A stretch of DNA of 41,118 nucleotides from an uncultured Candidatus Saccharibacteria bacterium (GTDB lineage Bacteria; Patescibacteriota; Minisyncoccia; Phycocordibacterales; GWA1-40-21). The position numbers and the translations under genes are program-made. The stretch spans positions 1 through 41,118 of the forward strand of contig CAZOXG010000002.1 in the NCBI GenBank assembly GCA_964583845.1, given 5' to 3'. The notes beneath the pieces are model-generated. The model ran no database searches. It was not told where the DNA came from and saw nothing but the letters and a program-made list of their open reading frames with translations. Position 1 is the first letter of the stretch, and each line of letters starts with the position of its first letter. Positions 16,268-23,940 of the stretch are shown here, piece after piece.

Positions 16268-16540
16268 TTATCGGATCAGTCTCCTGTTGAAAAGGTGATG
16301 TTCGTCTCTTCGTAAATAACATTCTTCGGCTGAAAGCCAGATACCAAAACGTGGGATTGGAAAGAGATCGCGCCAGTGATCAATTGGTTCATAATCAGGT
16401 AGCTTTAAATAACCAATGATAGCTATAGCCAATTCTTCTTCTCTTTCTCGTTGTTCTATTTGTTCTCCGACCTTCTTGATCCGAGCCTCTTCTTGTGGAT
16501 CTTGAGAATGTGCCTTAATAGTTTTATATTTGTTTTTCAT
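16268..16540 (-). CDS. hypothetical 90-aa protein (higher-GC ORFan)
   Basis: GGAGAT 6 nt before the ATG. Charged N-terminal helix. No motif recognised. Confidence 0.6.
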   Translation of the reverse strand: MKNKYKTIKAHSQDPQEEARIKKVGEQIEQREREEELAIAIIGYLKLPDYEPIDHWRDLFPIPRFGIWLSAEECYLRRDEHHLFNRRLIR

Positions 16541-16636
16541 GGTTCATCTCCAAAGTTCGATGTTGAGAACCATTCTAAAACTCCTTAGTCAGTTTATCAC
16601 ATTTACATTTTGAATCCACTACATTATTATTTGTTT

Positions 16637-17767
16637 ATGACTTTCCAAAGACCTAAAGGTATTAGAACATGGCTAGAAATAGACAGTAAAGTTGTTGAAA
16701 AAAATTTAAAAGTTTTTCGCTCAATTATTCCAGAATCTGTAAAAATTATGGCTGTAGTTAAATCCAATGCTTATGGACATGGACTTTGGGATTTTTCTAA
16801 AATGATTAAAGATAAAGTTGACTGGTTAGCAGTTGATTCTGTTGTTGAGGCTTTGGCCTTACGTCGTGAGGGAATAGATAACCCGATTTTAGTTTTAGGT
16901 TATACTTTGCCTGAAATGTTAGAGGAGGCTGTTAAAAATAATATAAGTATCACGGTTTCTAGTTTTGAGTATTTTAAACACTTTAAGAAGTTTCAGTACA
17001 AACTAAAAATTCATATTAAAGTTGATACGGGTATGCACCGGCATGGATTTATGATTAACGATATGCAGAGAGTATTATTTGAAATCGCCAAGTGTAAGGA
17101 TAAGATTCAAGTAGAAGGTTTGTTTACCCACTTTGCGATGGCTAAAAACCCGGCGTTAGCTTCAGATACTAAAAAACAAATTTCACTTTTTAGTGAATGG
17201 CGTAACGCTTTTGCTAAGGCAAATTTTAATCCTCTATGTCATGCTTGTGCTACTGGTGGCACGCTTTTGTTTAGTGAGGCTCATTTTGATATGGTAAGAA
17301 TTGGAATCGGTTTATATGGTATTTGGCCCGCCAAAGAAACTATGTCATTTTTAAAGGGTGAAATTAAATTAGAGCCAGTTATGTCCTGGAAGAGTTTAAT
17401 CGCTGAAACTAAAATAGTACCAGCTGGAGATAGAATAGGTTATGATTTTACTGAAAAATTTGATAAAGATACTAAAGTGGCAATGATACCGATTGGCTAT
17501 TGGCACGGATATCCGCGGGCCCTATCCGGGATTGGTCGGATATATGTTGGCGGTGTCTCTTGTAAGGTTCTTGGACGGGTTTGTATGGATATCATTATGA
17601 TAGATGTAACTGAGGTTAAAAAACTTGAGGTAGGTCAGGAAGTTGAAATTATGAGTAGAGAAATATCTTATGATAATTCTGGTGCGAATCTAGCAGATTT
17701 GGCAGGGACAACCACTTATGAATTTTTGACGAGAATCAATCCTTTAATAAAAAGAATTTATAAATAG
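16637..17767 (+). CDS. alr: alanine racemase
   Basis: PLP-Lys motif AVVKSNAYGHG and C-terminal beta domain with GYWHGYPR. The ATG at 16637 is preferred over the TTG at 16610. Confidence 0.9.
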   Translation: MTFQRPKGIRTWLEIDSKVVEKNLKVFRSIIPESVKIMAVVKSNAYGHGLWDFSKMIKDKVDWLAVDSVVEALALRREGIDNPILVLGYTLPEMLEEAVKNNISITVSSFEYFKHFKKFQYKLKIHIKVDTGMHRHGFMINDMQRVLFEIAKCKDKIQVEGLFTHFAMAKNPALASDTKKQISLFSEWRNAFAKANFNPLCHACATGGTLLFSEAHFDMVRIGIGLYGIWPAKETMSFLKGEIKLEPVMSWKSLIAETKIVPAGDRIGYDFTEKFDKDTKVAMIPIGYWHGYPRALSGIGRIYVGGVSCKVLGRVCMDIIMIDVTEVKKLEVGQEVEIMSREISYDNSGANLADLAGTTTYEFLTRINPLIKRIYK

Positions 17768-17855
17768 TTAGATTCACAATTTCATTTTTATGGATTGACG
17801 CAAGCGTGTATTTGTGATACCTTTTGTATAGATTTTACCAACCACGGAGGAAAAC

Positions 17856-18107
17856 ATGACAAATAAAAAAATGTTTCTTGCGCCATTGATGGCGGCTTGT
17901 GGAGCATCATCATCCCAAACAGTTTTTATTGTGAAACCTTGCCCAGTAAGTGAGTCCCCTGAATTTTTGTCAAAATCCATGTTGACACTGAAAACTGAAC
18001 ATGGAAAAGCTTCAGTCTGTCCATCACCGGCTGGCAAAAAACGTCAGAACAATGATTTTGGTCACAGTAAAAATTGTAAGTGGCCGGGGCGCAAAGTTCA
18101 GTTCTAA
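17856..18107 (+). CDS. small putative lipoprotein (83 aa)
   Basis: GGAGGA 5 nt before the ATG. The signal peptide ends in LMAAC (lipobox-like). Confidence 0.55.
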   Translation: MTNKKMFLAPLMAACGASSSQTVFIVKPCPVSESPEFLSKSMLTLKTEHGKASVCPSPAGKKRQNNDFGHSKNCKWPGRKVQF

Positions 18108-18132
18108 ACTTAAAATAAGGAGGAACGTTCAA

Positions 18133-18387
18133 ATGAAGACTTTTTTCGCAGGCACTTTTATAATATTCGTTGGCTTATTCTTGCTTTATTCAGCTGGGGT
18201 TAGTAAACCAGTAACGAAGGATGACTCGAACCCGAGCAAGTTGTGTCAGGCTGTTGTGTCCAGAAGTTTCAGAATCAGGACTCGAATAAAACCCTCCCAT
18301 GTGCCGGTCAAAGGCAATAAAAACCTAGTACTGAAATCACAGGTAGAAGAGTCTTGGCAGGGCAGAAATATGGTCAGACAAGTATAA
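18133..18387 (+). CDS. small secreted or membrane-anchored protein (84 aa)
   Basis: AAGGAGGA 8 nt before the ATG. N-terminal hydrophobic helix FFAGTFIIFVGLFLLYSAG. A terminator follows. Confidence 0.6.
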   Translation: MKTFFAGTFIIFVGLFLLYSAGVSKPVTKDDSNPSKLCQAVVSRSFRIRTRIKPSHVPVKGNKNLVLKSQVEESWQGRNMVRQV

Positions 18388-18403
18388 TATTTATGGTCGG
18401 GGT

Positions 18404-18438
18404 GCCAGTGTTCCAATATGGAATGCTGGCCATTTTTT
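18404..18438 (+). terminator. intrinsic terminator
   Basis: GCCAGTGTTCC-AATAT-GGAATGCTGGC (2-nt internal mismatch) followed by a T-run. Confidence 0.65.
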
Positions 18439-18444
18439 ATAGTA

Positions 18445-18473
18445 TTGCATTTTTTATTGATTTAGGTTATACT
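18445..18473 (+). promoter_or_regulatory. promoter of rpmG
   Basis: TTGCAT, 17-nt spacer, TATACT. Confidence 0.6.
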
Positions 18474-18498
18474 CGGAACACTGTAAATAAGAAATAAT

Positions 18499-18657
18499 AT
18501 GTCACAAGATCAACTAATTAAATTGGCCTGCAAAACCTGTAAGAGAACAAATTACTGGTCTCGCAAAAATAAAAAGAAGGTAGAGCGCAAAATTGAGCTC
18601 AAGAAATTCTGTAAATGGTGTAAAAAGAAAACTGTTCACAAAGAATCTAAAAAATAA
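18499..18657 (+). CDS. rpmG: 50S ribosomal protein L33 (below the ORF-track cutoff)
   Basis: 52 aa: MSQDQLIKLACKTCKRTNYWSRKNKKKVERKIELKKFCKWCKKKTVHKESKK. Two CxxC pairs and the L33 pattern. Confidence 0.88.
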   Translation: MSQDQLIKLACKTCKRTNYWSRKNKKKVERKIELKKFCKWCKKKTVHKESKK

Positions 18658-18660
18658 TTT

Positions 18661-18688
18661 AAAAAAACAGGGGAAACCCTGTTTTTTG
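18661..18688 (+). terminator. intrinsic terminator after rpmG
   Basis: A-run, ACAGGG-GAAA-CCCTGT, T-run. Confidence 0.75.
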
Positions 18689-18700
18689 TTACATAATTTA

Positions 18701-19297
18701 ATGTATAATATATTTGTGAAAATTGAACGACCGAAATCTAAACAACCACTTCCAGAAAATGCCAAACTAGTATACAAGGGTATAATTTTTGATACCTACC
18801 AATGGGAAGTAGATGATTATGATGGTACTAAGAAGACATTTGAAAAACTTAAGAGGCCAGATACAGTCATGATAATACCCGTCACTAATGATGGTGAAAT
18901 TATTCTTGCTAATCAAGAGCAACCGGGTAAACAAGTTTCCATTAGTTATCTTGGTGGAAGGGTTGATGAAGGTGAAGATGTGTTAAACGCTGCCAAAAGA
19001 GAATTATTGGAAGAGGCTGGATTAGAAGCGGATGAATGGATCTTGTTTAATGCTATGCAACCAGTTAGTAAGATAGAGTGGTCTGTCTATATATTTATAG
19101 CTAGAAATTGCAAAAAAGTTGCCGAGCAATGTTTAGATGGTGGTGAAAAAATTGAATTACTTAATGTAGATTTTGATAAGTTTATCGAGATGATTTTAGA
19201 TAAAGATTTTAGTGACTTTGGGTTAAGAATTAAATTTCTCGAAGCAAAAATAGATTCTGATAAGATGTCTGAGATTAAAAGATTAATCATTGGCTAG
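18701..19297 (+). CDS. Nudix hydrolase (ADP-ribose pyrophosphatase-like), canonical Nudix box
   Basis: GRVDEGEDVLNAAKRELLEEAGL fits GX5EX7REUXEEXGU exactly. Start moved to the ATG at 18701, since the track start (18593) overlaps rpmG and its terminator. Confidence 0.85.
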   Translation: MYNIFVKIERPKSKQPLPENAKLVYKGIIFDTYQWEVDDYDGTKKTFEKLKRPDTVMIIPVTNDGEIILANQEQPGKQVSISYLGGRVDEGEDVLNAAKRELLEEAGLEADEWILFNAMQPVSKIEWSVYIFIARNCKKVAEQCLDGGEKIELLNVDFDKFIEMILDKDFSDFGLRIKFLEAKIDSDKMSEIKRLIIG

Positions 19298-19338
19298 AAG
19301 ATTCATAATACCCGTCGTCACAGCTGAAGCATGTAAAC

Positions 19339-19462
19339 ATCAGATTCGGTCACGACTTTTTCTTTCGCCGTCGCTCAAGAAAAGTCTCGACCCTAGCTCA
19401 GCATTACTCGCTGGAGCTCGTAATAAGCTTGCGCTTTTCGAATCTGAGTGGGCCCGCATATT
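19339..19462 (+). mobile_element. mini-element copy F (type-1 core), behind tRNA-Trp
   Basis: CATCAGATTCG|GTCACGACTTTTTCTT-TCGCCGTCGCTC-AAGAAAAGTCTCGACCCTAGCTCAG-hairpin-CTTGCGCTTT|TCGAATCTGAGTGGGCCCGCATATT. The 26-nt right arm is a perfect inverted copy of the tRNA 3' half. Confidence 0.85.
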
Positions 19463-19489
19463 AAAAAAACTGCTTATTAGTAGTTTTTT
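19463..19489. terminator. AT-only hairpin at the centre of the 26-nt inverted repeat
   Basis: AAAAAACT/AGTTTTTT stem. The flanking arms extend the palindrome to 19437-19515. Confidence 0.6.
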
Positions 19490-19495
19490 AATATG

Positions 19496-19567
19496 CGGGC
19501 CCACTCAGATTCGAACTGAGAACCTCGCGTTTGGAGTGCGATGTTTTACCATTGAAACTATGGACCC
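19496..19567 (-). tRNA. tRNA-Trp (anticodon CCA), no encoded CCA end
   Basis: Acceptor GGGTCCA/TGGGCCC, anticodon stem TCGCA/CGCGA (imperfect), loop CTCCAAA, T arm CTCAG-TTCGAAT-CTGAG. Confidence 0.9.
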
Positions 19568-19608
19568 AAGCGCACTTATCTTATAATAAATAAGACCATT
19601 ACGCAAAT

Positions 19609-20265
19609 TTAGATTTTTTTGAGAAATGTCTTTCCGACACTAATACCAACGACCGAACCCATGATAGCACCAGCGACAGCATCAGAAACCCAGTGTATAT
19701 TACTAACTGAAACTCCTAGGCCTATATATGTGGCATATACCAAAGCACTGATTATCAATATTTTATTTTTAGGCCACAGAGTTATTAAAGTAAAAGCCAT
19801 GGCAAAGGCAATCATAGTGTGTGAGGATGGCCAACCCCAAAATATACCGTTTTGAAAAAAACCAAAATTAAAGGTGTTGTGGAGATCAAAAAAAATGTTG
19901 AAGGATTGAGGTGGCGGAGTTCTTCCGGTCACAGCTTTATAGAGAGAAGATAAAGCCCAGGCTAAAATAGCTGATTGACCCAAAGCAAAAGCCAAGTTTT
20001 TTAAATTTAAGGATTTACGAGTTCGAGCAAAAACCAGGAGGATTAAAGGAACGATTATTGGTAATAGAGCCCCTAGTAATACTGATCCGAAGAAAAAATA
20101 ATAAATATTAGGAGATTTATAGAGTTCATAAAATTTATAATCACCATCGACGTAAACTATTATTGCCGTAAAAAGAACACCGATGATCTGTATTAATAAA
20201 TAGTAGCCAGTGAATAAACGTAAAAGACTCTTTTGAAATTTATAGAATAAGTTCGAAAAAAACAT
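19609..20265 (-). CDS. PAP2-superfamily membrane phosphatase
   Basis: 218 aa, multi-TM. Motifs KAVTGRTPP, PSSH and SVSNIHWVSDAVAG approximate the PAP2 signature KX6RP / PSGH / SRX5HX3D. Confidence 0.6.
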   Translation of the reverse strand: MFFSNLFYKFQKSLLRLFTGYYLLIQIIGVLFTAIIVYVDGDYKFYELYKSPNIYYFFFGSVLLGALLPIIVPLILLVFARTRKSLNLKNLAFALGQSAILAWALSSLYKAVTGRTPPPQSFNIFFDLHNTFNFGFFQNGIFWGWPSSHTMIAFAMAFTLITLWPKNKILIISALVYATYIGLGVSVSNIHWVSDAVAGAIMGSVVGISVGKTFLKKI

Positions 20266-20272
20266 GGGTAAA

Positions 20273-21169
20273 TTATAGCATGAACTGGTCTATGGTTTTA
20301 ATTATTTCTTTTTTATCCTCAAGTTTAAACCATTTGATGCGATTGTCTCTTTTGAACCAGGTTCTCTGGCGTTTGGCAAAATGCCAAATTGCCATACAGA
20401 GCTCGTTAATCATTTGTTCATGAGTAATTTTTTTTTGCAAATATAAGGCAAGATATCGATATTCCAAACCAAAGTTTTCTAGTCTCTTCCAAGTGACACT
20501 TTGGCTGTGAAGTTTAGAGACTTCTTTGAGCATTCCATTGTCTAGACGTTTAATTAAACGCTTATGTATTCTGTCTTTCAGTATTTCATCATTGGCATCT
20601 AAGCCAAGTTGTAGAGAATTATATTTGATGTCTTTTTTGATTGGTGGTACGAAACCTAGAGTTTTGGCAATCTCAATCGCTCGAACGATTCTGACTCGAT
20701 TATTTTTGTCTATTCGGTTAAAAGTGTTTTTATCGAGTTTTTCTAGTATAATTAATAGTTTATTTGTTGTAAGTTTTTCAAGTTTAACACGAAGTTTTTC
20801 ATCAGATTTAACTTCTGGAAAAATGACATTATCAACAATGGCTTGAATATAAAAACCAGTACCACCACAAATTATCGGCAGTTTGTCACGGCCGAGAATG
20901 TCGGCAATAATCCCATGAACTTCTTTTTGATACTTGGCGACATTATATTTAGTGTTTGGTTTTACAATATCCAACATGTAATGTTTGACACCCAACATTT
21001 CTTTCTTGGTTATTTTACCAGTACCTAAATCCATATCCTTAAAAACCTGACGGGAGTCGGCACTAATTATTTCGCCATTGAATCGCTGAGCAATTTCTAC
21101 GGCTAGATCACTCTTACCAGTAGCAGTTGGGCCGAGAATGACTAAGATTTTTGGAAGTATATTTTTCAT
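20273..21169 (-). CDS. miaA: tRNA dimethylallyltransferase
   Basis: P-loop GPTATGKS, SADSRQVFKDMDLGTGK, and overall MiaA length. Confidence 0.9.
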   Translation of the reverse strand: MKNILPKILVILGPTATGKSDLAVEIAQRFNGEIISADSRQVFKDMDLGTGKITKKEMLGVKHYMLDIVKPNTKYNVAKYQKEVHGIIADILGRDKLPIICGGTGFYIQAIVDNVIFPEVKSDEKLRVKLEKLTTNKLLIILEKLDKNTFNRIDKNNRVRIVRAIEIAKTLGFVPPIKKDIKYNSLQLGLDANDEILKDRIHKRLIKRLDNGMLKEVSKLHSQSVTWKRLENFGLEYRYLALYLQKKITHEQMINELCMAIWHFAKRQRTWFKRDNRIKWFKLEDKKEIIKTIDQFML

Positions 21170-21486
21170 TACATTTCAAGAAAAATAATACTAGTTAAGC
21201 CGATAACGATGCCAACAATATTCAAAGCTGATAATTCTTCTTTATAAAAGAAAACTCCAACTAGAATACCAACTATAAGAGTTAAAACTGCAAAAATTAC
21301 CATAGCCTTGGATAGACTTTGATATTTAAGTGAGAATGCCCAGAAAAGTGTAGCAGCTGTATAGGCGAGTATGCCCAAAACCAACATGTAGTTTTTGTTG
21401 TGTATAGACCATTCTTTGAAAAGAATGTCACCGATGACTTCCAGAAAAGCTACGGCAGTAACTAGATAGATGAAGTATTGATTCAT
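21169..21486 (-). CDS. small 4-TM membrane protein, SMR/DMT-like
   Basis: 105 aa with four hydrophobic helices and an acidic residue in TM1 (AFLEVIGD). Its stop overlaps the miaA start. Confidence 0.45.
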   Translation of the reverse strand: MNQYFIYLVTAVAFLEVIGDILFKEWSIHNKNYMLVLGILAYTAATLFWAFSLKYQSLSKAMVIFAVLTLIVGILVGVFFYKEELSALNIVGIVIGLTSIIFLEM

Positions 21487-21598
21487 TATGAAGTGATTCT
21501 AGCAGATTTGGGGATGGGGTCAAATAATTAAAAGTTTTTTGAGTTTTTCTCCCGAGTAAGAGGTGTTGGAAGAGAGATTGCCCGAAAATATTAAAATA

Positions 21599-21728
21599 TG
21601 CCGAGAGCGAGACCCGGTTACGAATATTTTTCTTGTTGTCACAAGAAAAATTTCTCGACCCCGGCTCGGCCACTCTCTCTGGTGATAGTGGCTTTGCGGC
21701 CTCCGCCTTTCGAGTCTCTCTCCCGGCA
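21599..21728 (+). mobile_element. mini-element copy G1 (type-1 core), outer copy behind tRNA-Leu(CAA)
   Basis: TGCCGAGAGCGAGACCCG|GTTACGAATATTTTTCTTGT-TGTC-ACAAGAAAAATTTCTCGACCCCGGCTCGGCC-CCACT..AGTGG-CTTTGCGGCCTCCGCCTT|TCGAGTCTCTCTCCCGGCA. Confidence 0.85.
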
Positions 21729-21736
21729 AATACAAG

Positions 21737-21858
21737 TGCCGGATAGAGGACTCGCCCGCACCTCTCGTTTCGCCGTCGCTCAACTCGGTTTGGGCACCGC
21801 CTCACATTTTTGACTACTGTCAAAAATAGGTTCCGGCGTTCGAGTCTCTCTCCCGGCA
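21737..21858 (+). mobile_element. mini-element copy G2 (type-2 core), inner copy behind tRNA-Leu(CAA)
   Basis: TGCCGGATAGAGGACTCG|CCCGCACCTCTCGTTTCGCCGTCGCTCAACTCGGTTTGGGCACCGCCTCA-CATTTTTGACTACTGTCAAAAAT-AGGTTCCGGCGT|TCGAGTCTCTCTCCCGGCA. Confidence 0.8.
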
Positions 21859-21898
21859 CAAAAGAAAAACACTGGAATATTCCAGTGTTTTTCTTTTG
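21859..21898. terminator. bidirectional terminator between copy G2 and tRNA-Leu(CAA)
   Basis: CAAAAGAAAAACACTGG-AATATT-CCAGTGTTTTTCTTTTG perfect palindrome. Confidence 0.75.
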
Positions 21899-21981
21899 TG
21901 CCGGGAGAGAGACTCGAACTCTCACAGTGTTGCCACCGGTGGATTTTGAGTCCACTGCGTCTGCCATTCCGCCATCCCGGC
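21899..21981 (-). tRNA. tRNA-Leu (anticodon CAA), type II, no CCA
   Basis: Acceptor GCCGGGA/TCCCGGC, anticodon stem GTGGA/TCCAC, loop CTCAAAA, T arm GAGAG-TTCGAGT-CTCTC. Confidence 0.92.
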
Positions 21982-22039
21982 AAAAATTACATCTTTAAGA
22001 TTATCAGTTTTATCAAAAAAAGCAATATGGTAAAAATTG

Positions 22040-22068
22040 TTTACAAATCAATTTTAAAATGATATGGT
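22040..22068 (+). promoter_or_regulatory. candidate promoter of the 22112 gene
   Basis: TTTACA, 17-nt spacer, TATGGT. 20 of 25 nt are identical to the promoter region at 40416-40440. Confidence 0.5.
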
Positions 22069-22111
22069 CTTTTAGGTTATTTGGTGGTCTCTAATATAAG
22101 GAGAAATTCAC

Positions 22112-22624
22112 ATGAAGATGCCGTTCAAAGCATTTGCTATTGAAATTGATCGCGCTGGTGCCACAGACCTATTGAAATCGGATGTAATGACTGTCAGTAC
22201 TTTGGACTATTGGTCCAATGATGCTCGGTCCTTATTGCAACGAGAGTTCGCTTTAAGAAGCGAAGTAAATAATCAAGTAATTTGTTTTAAAAAGAAAAGG
22301 CATTATGTTGTGATTCCAGGTTTGTTTTTTGCTGGTTGTACAGACATTGAATCTGTGACAGCTATCGCTAAAAAAGAACTGGATTGTTCTTTCGCTTTTG
22401 TCGAGGATGCTTACTTTTTAAGCAAAGCAGATCCTAATATTTTAGGTTTTCCCCAGGTGATTGTTTTTCACCGTTTGGTTTTGGCTGATTTTTCGACTGA
22501 TTTGTGGCAATTGCTCACAGTTCAAAATTCAAAAGAGAAAGGGGAAGTTCTTTCTGTGGGTGTGATTGCTGAGAATGACTTCATCAAAGATCTCGCAAAT
22601 CGCCATGTCTTGTTTTCACGCTGA
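22112..22624 (+). CDS. hypothetical protein (ORFan)
   Basis: 170-aa ORF with AAGGAGAA 7 nt before the ATG and a strong terminator after it. No motif recognised. Confidence 0.7.
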   Translation: MKMPFKAFAIEIDRAGATDLLKSDVMTVSTLDYWSNDARSLLQREFALRSEVNNQVICFKKKRHYVVIPGLFFAGCTDIESVTAIAKKELDCSFAFVEDAYFLSKADPNILGFPQVIVFHRLVLADFSTDLWQLLTVQNSKEKGEVLSVGVIAENDFIKDLANRHVLFSR

Positions 22625-22640
22625 AAATAGTCAGCGAACT

Positions 22641-22672
22641 ACGTAACCCAATCCGGGTTACGTATTTTTTTT
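22641..22672 (+). terminator. intrinsic terminator
   Basis: ACGTAACCC-AATCC-GGGTTACGT followed by ATTTTTTTT. Confidence 0.8.
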
Positions 22673-22752
22673 CCACAAAATATCAACATTTTCTACGTTG
22701 TTTTATTTTGATATATTATGTTAAAATACAGGTCATAACATTAAGAAATAAT

Positions 22753-23898
22753 ATGGTTCAATTTTATAATGACTCAATTTTTTGGATAGAAATAGAAAAG
22801 GTCAAACCTAATCCATATCAACCTCGTAAAGAGTTTGATGATGCAAAACTCCGTGATTTATCGGAGTCTATTCGTCAGTACGGTATTTTACAGCCCTTAG
22901 TGGTCACTAGAAAGGAGTTTCAGAAGGAGGATGGTGGTTTAGCTGTTGAATACGAACTTATCTCTGGAGAGCGTCGTTTACGAGCATCCAAATTAGCTGG
23001 TCTTTCTCAAGTGCCAGTATTGATCCGTAATTCGGAAGAAAATGATTTGGTTAAATTAGAGTTAGCGATTATTGAAAACTTGCAGCGCGAGGATTTAAAT
23101 GCTGTTGATCGTGCCAGGGCTTTTCAACGTTTAGCTGATGACTTTAAATTTAAGCATACTCAGATCGCGGAAAAGGTGGGTAAGAGTCGTGAATATGTTT
23201 CTAATAGTTTGCGCATTTTATCTTTGCCACCTCACATGTTGGATGCTTTATCTATGGGGAAAATTTCTGAAGGTCACACCCGTCCATTATTGATGTTAGT
23301 GGATCGCCCTGAGGAACAGGAAGTTTTGTTCAAAGAAATCATGTTCAAGAAATTGACGGTTCGTGAAGCGGAAGCTATTTCTCGTCGTGTGGCCTATGAT
23401 CGAGTTCGCAAGAAAGCTTTGGCAATTGATCCAGAAATTGTTGAATTAGAAGAGAAGTTGGCTGAGTCTTTTGGAACCAGGGTTAAGATTGAGAGAAAAG
23501 AAACCGGTGGCAAGATTATGATCGATTTTTTCTCCAATGAAGATCTGCGCGATATTTTAAATTTGATGGAGAATCACAGTAAGGATCCCAATACTGCTTT
23601 GAATCGTCATATCAGTACGATTTTGTCTAAGCGTGAACCGGCCCCAGTGCCAGAAAAGGTAACAGTTGAGAAAGCTATTGCCGATATTATGAGAATGAAT
23701 AATGAAGTAGCTTTGAATACTAGTTCACCTATTCCAGAAGTAATTACTGAAACAAATATTCCCACAATTGTTCCTGAAAATGTTCTACCTGTCATTGATG
23801 AAGAAAAGGCGATTGATGATCGACCGAAGGAAGAGATCATTAAAGCGGAAGAAAGTGACGAAGAAGATTTGTATTCAGTGAAGAATTTCAGTATCTAA
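22753..23898 (+). CDS. parB: ParB/Spo0J-family partition protein with a long acidic/Pro-rich C-terminal tail
   Basis: ParB N-terminal box ISGERRLRAS and an HTH region (QIAEKVGKSREYVSNSLRIL). The ATG at 22753 is preferred. No parA adjacent. Confidence 0.85.
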   Translation: MVQFYNDSIFWIEIEKVKPNPYQPRKEFDDAKLRDLSESIRQYGILQPLVVTRKEFQKEDGGLAVEYELISGERRLRASKLAGLSQVPVLIRNSEENDLVKLELAIIENLQREDLNAVDRARAFQRLADDFKFKHTQIAEKVGKSREYVSNSLRILSLPPHMLDALSMGKISEGHTRPLLMLVDRPEEQEVLFKEIMFKKLTVREAEAISRRVAYDRVRKKALAIDPEIVELEEKLAESFGTRVKIERKETGGKIMIDFFSNEDLRDILNLMENHSKDPNTALNRHISTILSKREPAPVPEKVTVEKAIADIMRMNNEVALNTSSPIPEVITETNIPTIVPENVLPVIDEEKAIDDRPKEEIIKAEESDEEDLYSVKNFSI

Positions 23899-23908
23899 AT
23901 AAAATGAA

Positions 23909-23937
23909 ATGGCCGGCACCTTTCGGTGCCGGCCATT
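23909..23937. terminator. bidirectional terminator (parB / rel)
   Basis: AATGGCCGGCACC-TTTC-GGTGCCGGCCATT with flanking A-run and T-run. Confidence 0.8.
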
Positions 23938-23940
23938 TTT

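Noticed and set aside
21428-21998. Track ORFs 21428..21967, 21520..21783, 21598..21813, 21780..21983 and 21810..21998
   Set aside because: They overlap tRNA-Leu(CAA) and element copies G1/G2 on both strands. They are mutually exclusive frames with no start context.
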